Assembly (NCBI GenBank): GCA_019752595.1
Contig: JAIELV010000001.1
Span: 56,486 to 120,485, forward strand
DNA length: 64,000 nucleotides
Direction of reading: 5' to 3'
DNA from: Patescibacteria group bacterium
GTDB taxonomy: Bacteria; Patescibacteriota; Minisyncoccia; Phycocordibacterales; Phycocordibacteraceae
Positions within the stretch are counted from its first letter, which is position 1. Each line of letters opens with the position of its first letter. Of the stretch, positions 62,691 to 64,000 are shown piece by piece. Under the pieces are notes generated by a model. It made no database searches and had not been told where the DNA came from. It was given only the letters and a program-made list of their open reading frames with translations. The translations under genes and the position numbers were made by a program.

Positions 62691-63725
62691 TTATCTGTTT
62701 TTTATCTGTGAAAGGAAATTTTTTGCAGGTGCAGAATTTGGATTTGCTGAAAGTTCTGCCTCAAATGCTTTTCTTGCGAGCGCAAAATTTTCTTCCGCCA
62801 TGTGGACTTCTCCCAAACCCAAGTACCCACCGAGCGTGGGATTAATATCTGCAGATTTCTGGAATGCGTCACGCGCTTCCGCAAAACGTTTTTGATGCAA
62901 ATAAATATAGCCGAGGCCCGTGTAGACTTCGCTCTTTGGTTTTATTTTCTCTAGATAATTCTTAAATGCGATTTCTGCCAAATCGTCTTTGCCCCAACGT
63001 GTGTAGAGGTAGCCCAGACCCATGTACGCCTCGCTTTTCGGGTCGAGCGAAATCGCTTTCTTGAACATCACTTCCGATTCTTCGTAACGCTCTATCTCGC
63101 GATAAATATCTCCCATACCCGCGTAGTTAAACGCACTTGGGTTTAACTCAAGCGCTTTTTGGAAACTCTCTAACGCCAGATCCATTTTTCCAATGTCGCG
63201 ATAAAAATAGCCAAGTCCATACGAGTACAAGAGGTCGTCGGTCGGATCTATGCTGATTGCTTGTTTGAATGAAGCTTCAGCGAGATCGGGCTTCAGCCAG
63301 TTTCTGTATAATTTACCAAGCTCAACGTAGAGGTGTGCGTCGTCAGGGTTTTGCGCGATTGCTTTTTTCCAAAGAGATTCCGATTTTTCATATTCACCTC
63401 GGTATCGATACACATTTCCCAAGCTCTCAAGTACGCCTCGGTCGTTTTCGTTTAGTCGCAACGCTTTCTCGAGTGTTAATTGCGCCTCATCGTATTTTCC
63501 ATGCTTGAAATATATGTTTCCGAGTTGGGTTAACAGCGATACGTTGTCAGGGTCATTTTTCACTTGCTCTTTGAGAGCGAGCTCTTCGGGGTCGTTTGAA
63601 GTGACTGCTATATCTTCACGCCAGTCTGCGGTTTTTAAGAGCGGTGATTGGTAGAGAAACCATCCAACAAGAGCAATTGCAACGAGAATAAGTATCGCCA
63701 GATCAAATTTTTTAAACTTTGACAT
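62691..63725 (-). CDS. Membrane-anchored TPR protein
   Basis: N-terminal TM, tandem LG..Y...G....A...F..A....P repeats. Confidence 0.9.
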   Translation of the reverse strand: MSKFKKFDLAILILVAIALVGWFLYQSPLLKTADWREDIAVTSNDPEELALKEQVKNDPDNVSLLTQLGNIYFKHGKYDEAQLTLEKALRLNENDRGVLESLGNVYRYRGEYEKSESLWKKAIAQNPDDAHLYVELGKLYRNWLKPDLAEASFKQAISIDPTDDLLYSYGLGYFYRDIGKMDLALESFQKALELNPSAFNYAGMGDIYREIERYEESEVMFKKAISLDPKSEAYMGLGYLYTRWGKDDLAEIAFKNYLEKIKPKSEVYTGLGYIYLHQKRFAEARDAFQKSADINPTLGGYLGLGEVHMAEENFALARKAFEAELSANPNSAPAKNFLSQIKNR

Positions 63726-63789
63726 GATGCTTTGTATACTATCGTGAAATAGTTTGTGAGTGTGCGAATCAGAAACGATCAAAAACCCC

Positions 63790-63814
63790 AAGTGCTATAC
63801 TAAGTGTAGCACTT
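63790..63814. repeat. Palindrome family G copy
   Basis: AAGTGCTATACT-A-AGTGTAGCACTT. Confidence 0.65.
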
Positions 63815-63868
63815 CGGCTGGAGAGTAAATCAAAGAATAACCGCGGTTAACCCACGCGTGTGATTCTC

Positions 63869-63894
63869 AAAAAGCCCCCGTACGGGGGCTTTTT
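63869..63894. terminator. Bidirectional terminator
   Basis: AAAAAGCCCCCGT|ACGGGGGCTTTTT. Confidence 0.85.
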
Positions 63895-64000
63895 GGTTTC
63901 AGGTGTACCGCTGTTTTGCGGTGTCAGTTTTCTTATAGGGCGCGGGAGTGTTCGCGTGTGTTGACAAAAAATAAGCATTTAATATACTTAACCATATGGT

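Noticed and set aside
1-64000. tRNA, rRNA, tmRNA, RNase P or SRP RNA genes
   Set aside because: No cloverleaf or signature motifs were recognised by eye in the intergenic regions; a covariance-model scan is needed to exclude them fully.

Overview
64-kb chromosomal window that looks like a reduced-genome bacterium, most plausibly Patescibacteria/CPR (Parcubacteria-like). This is inferred from protein style and gene content, not from a database search. TGA acts as a stop codon. The housekeeping backbone is dnaE, rnhB, rpmF, a nusB-Nudix fusion, rnc, a short smc, gdhA, rnr, rpsP-khpA...trmD, rpoB-rpoC-dnaG-rpoD, uppP, hisS, prmC, kdsB, purF and metK. It is interspersed with orphan ORFs, and many genes appear leaderless. 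I found no rRNA, tRNA, CRISPR array, transposase or integrase. Main non-routine signals: (1) a complete classical threonine attenuator (leader peptide with 8 consecutive Thr codons plus 1:2, 2:3 and 3:4 helices) upstream of an unrecognised gene at the window start; (2) several families of short palindromic elements inside rpoD, hisS, prmC, rnc and a methyltransferase gene, inside helix P4 of a SAM-I riboswitch, and in intergenic spacers; (3) an orphan island of small Cys/His ORFs with two short leader ORFs that both end Trp-Ala-TAG inside a TGGGC/GCCCA hairpin; (4) recurrent loss of metal-ligand residues in core proteins; (5) a possible glutamate to 2-oxoglutarate to succinic semialdehyde to succinate route.
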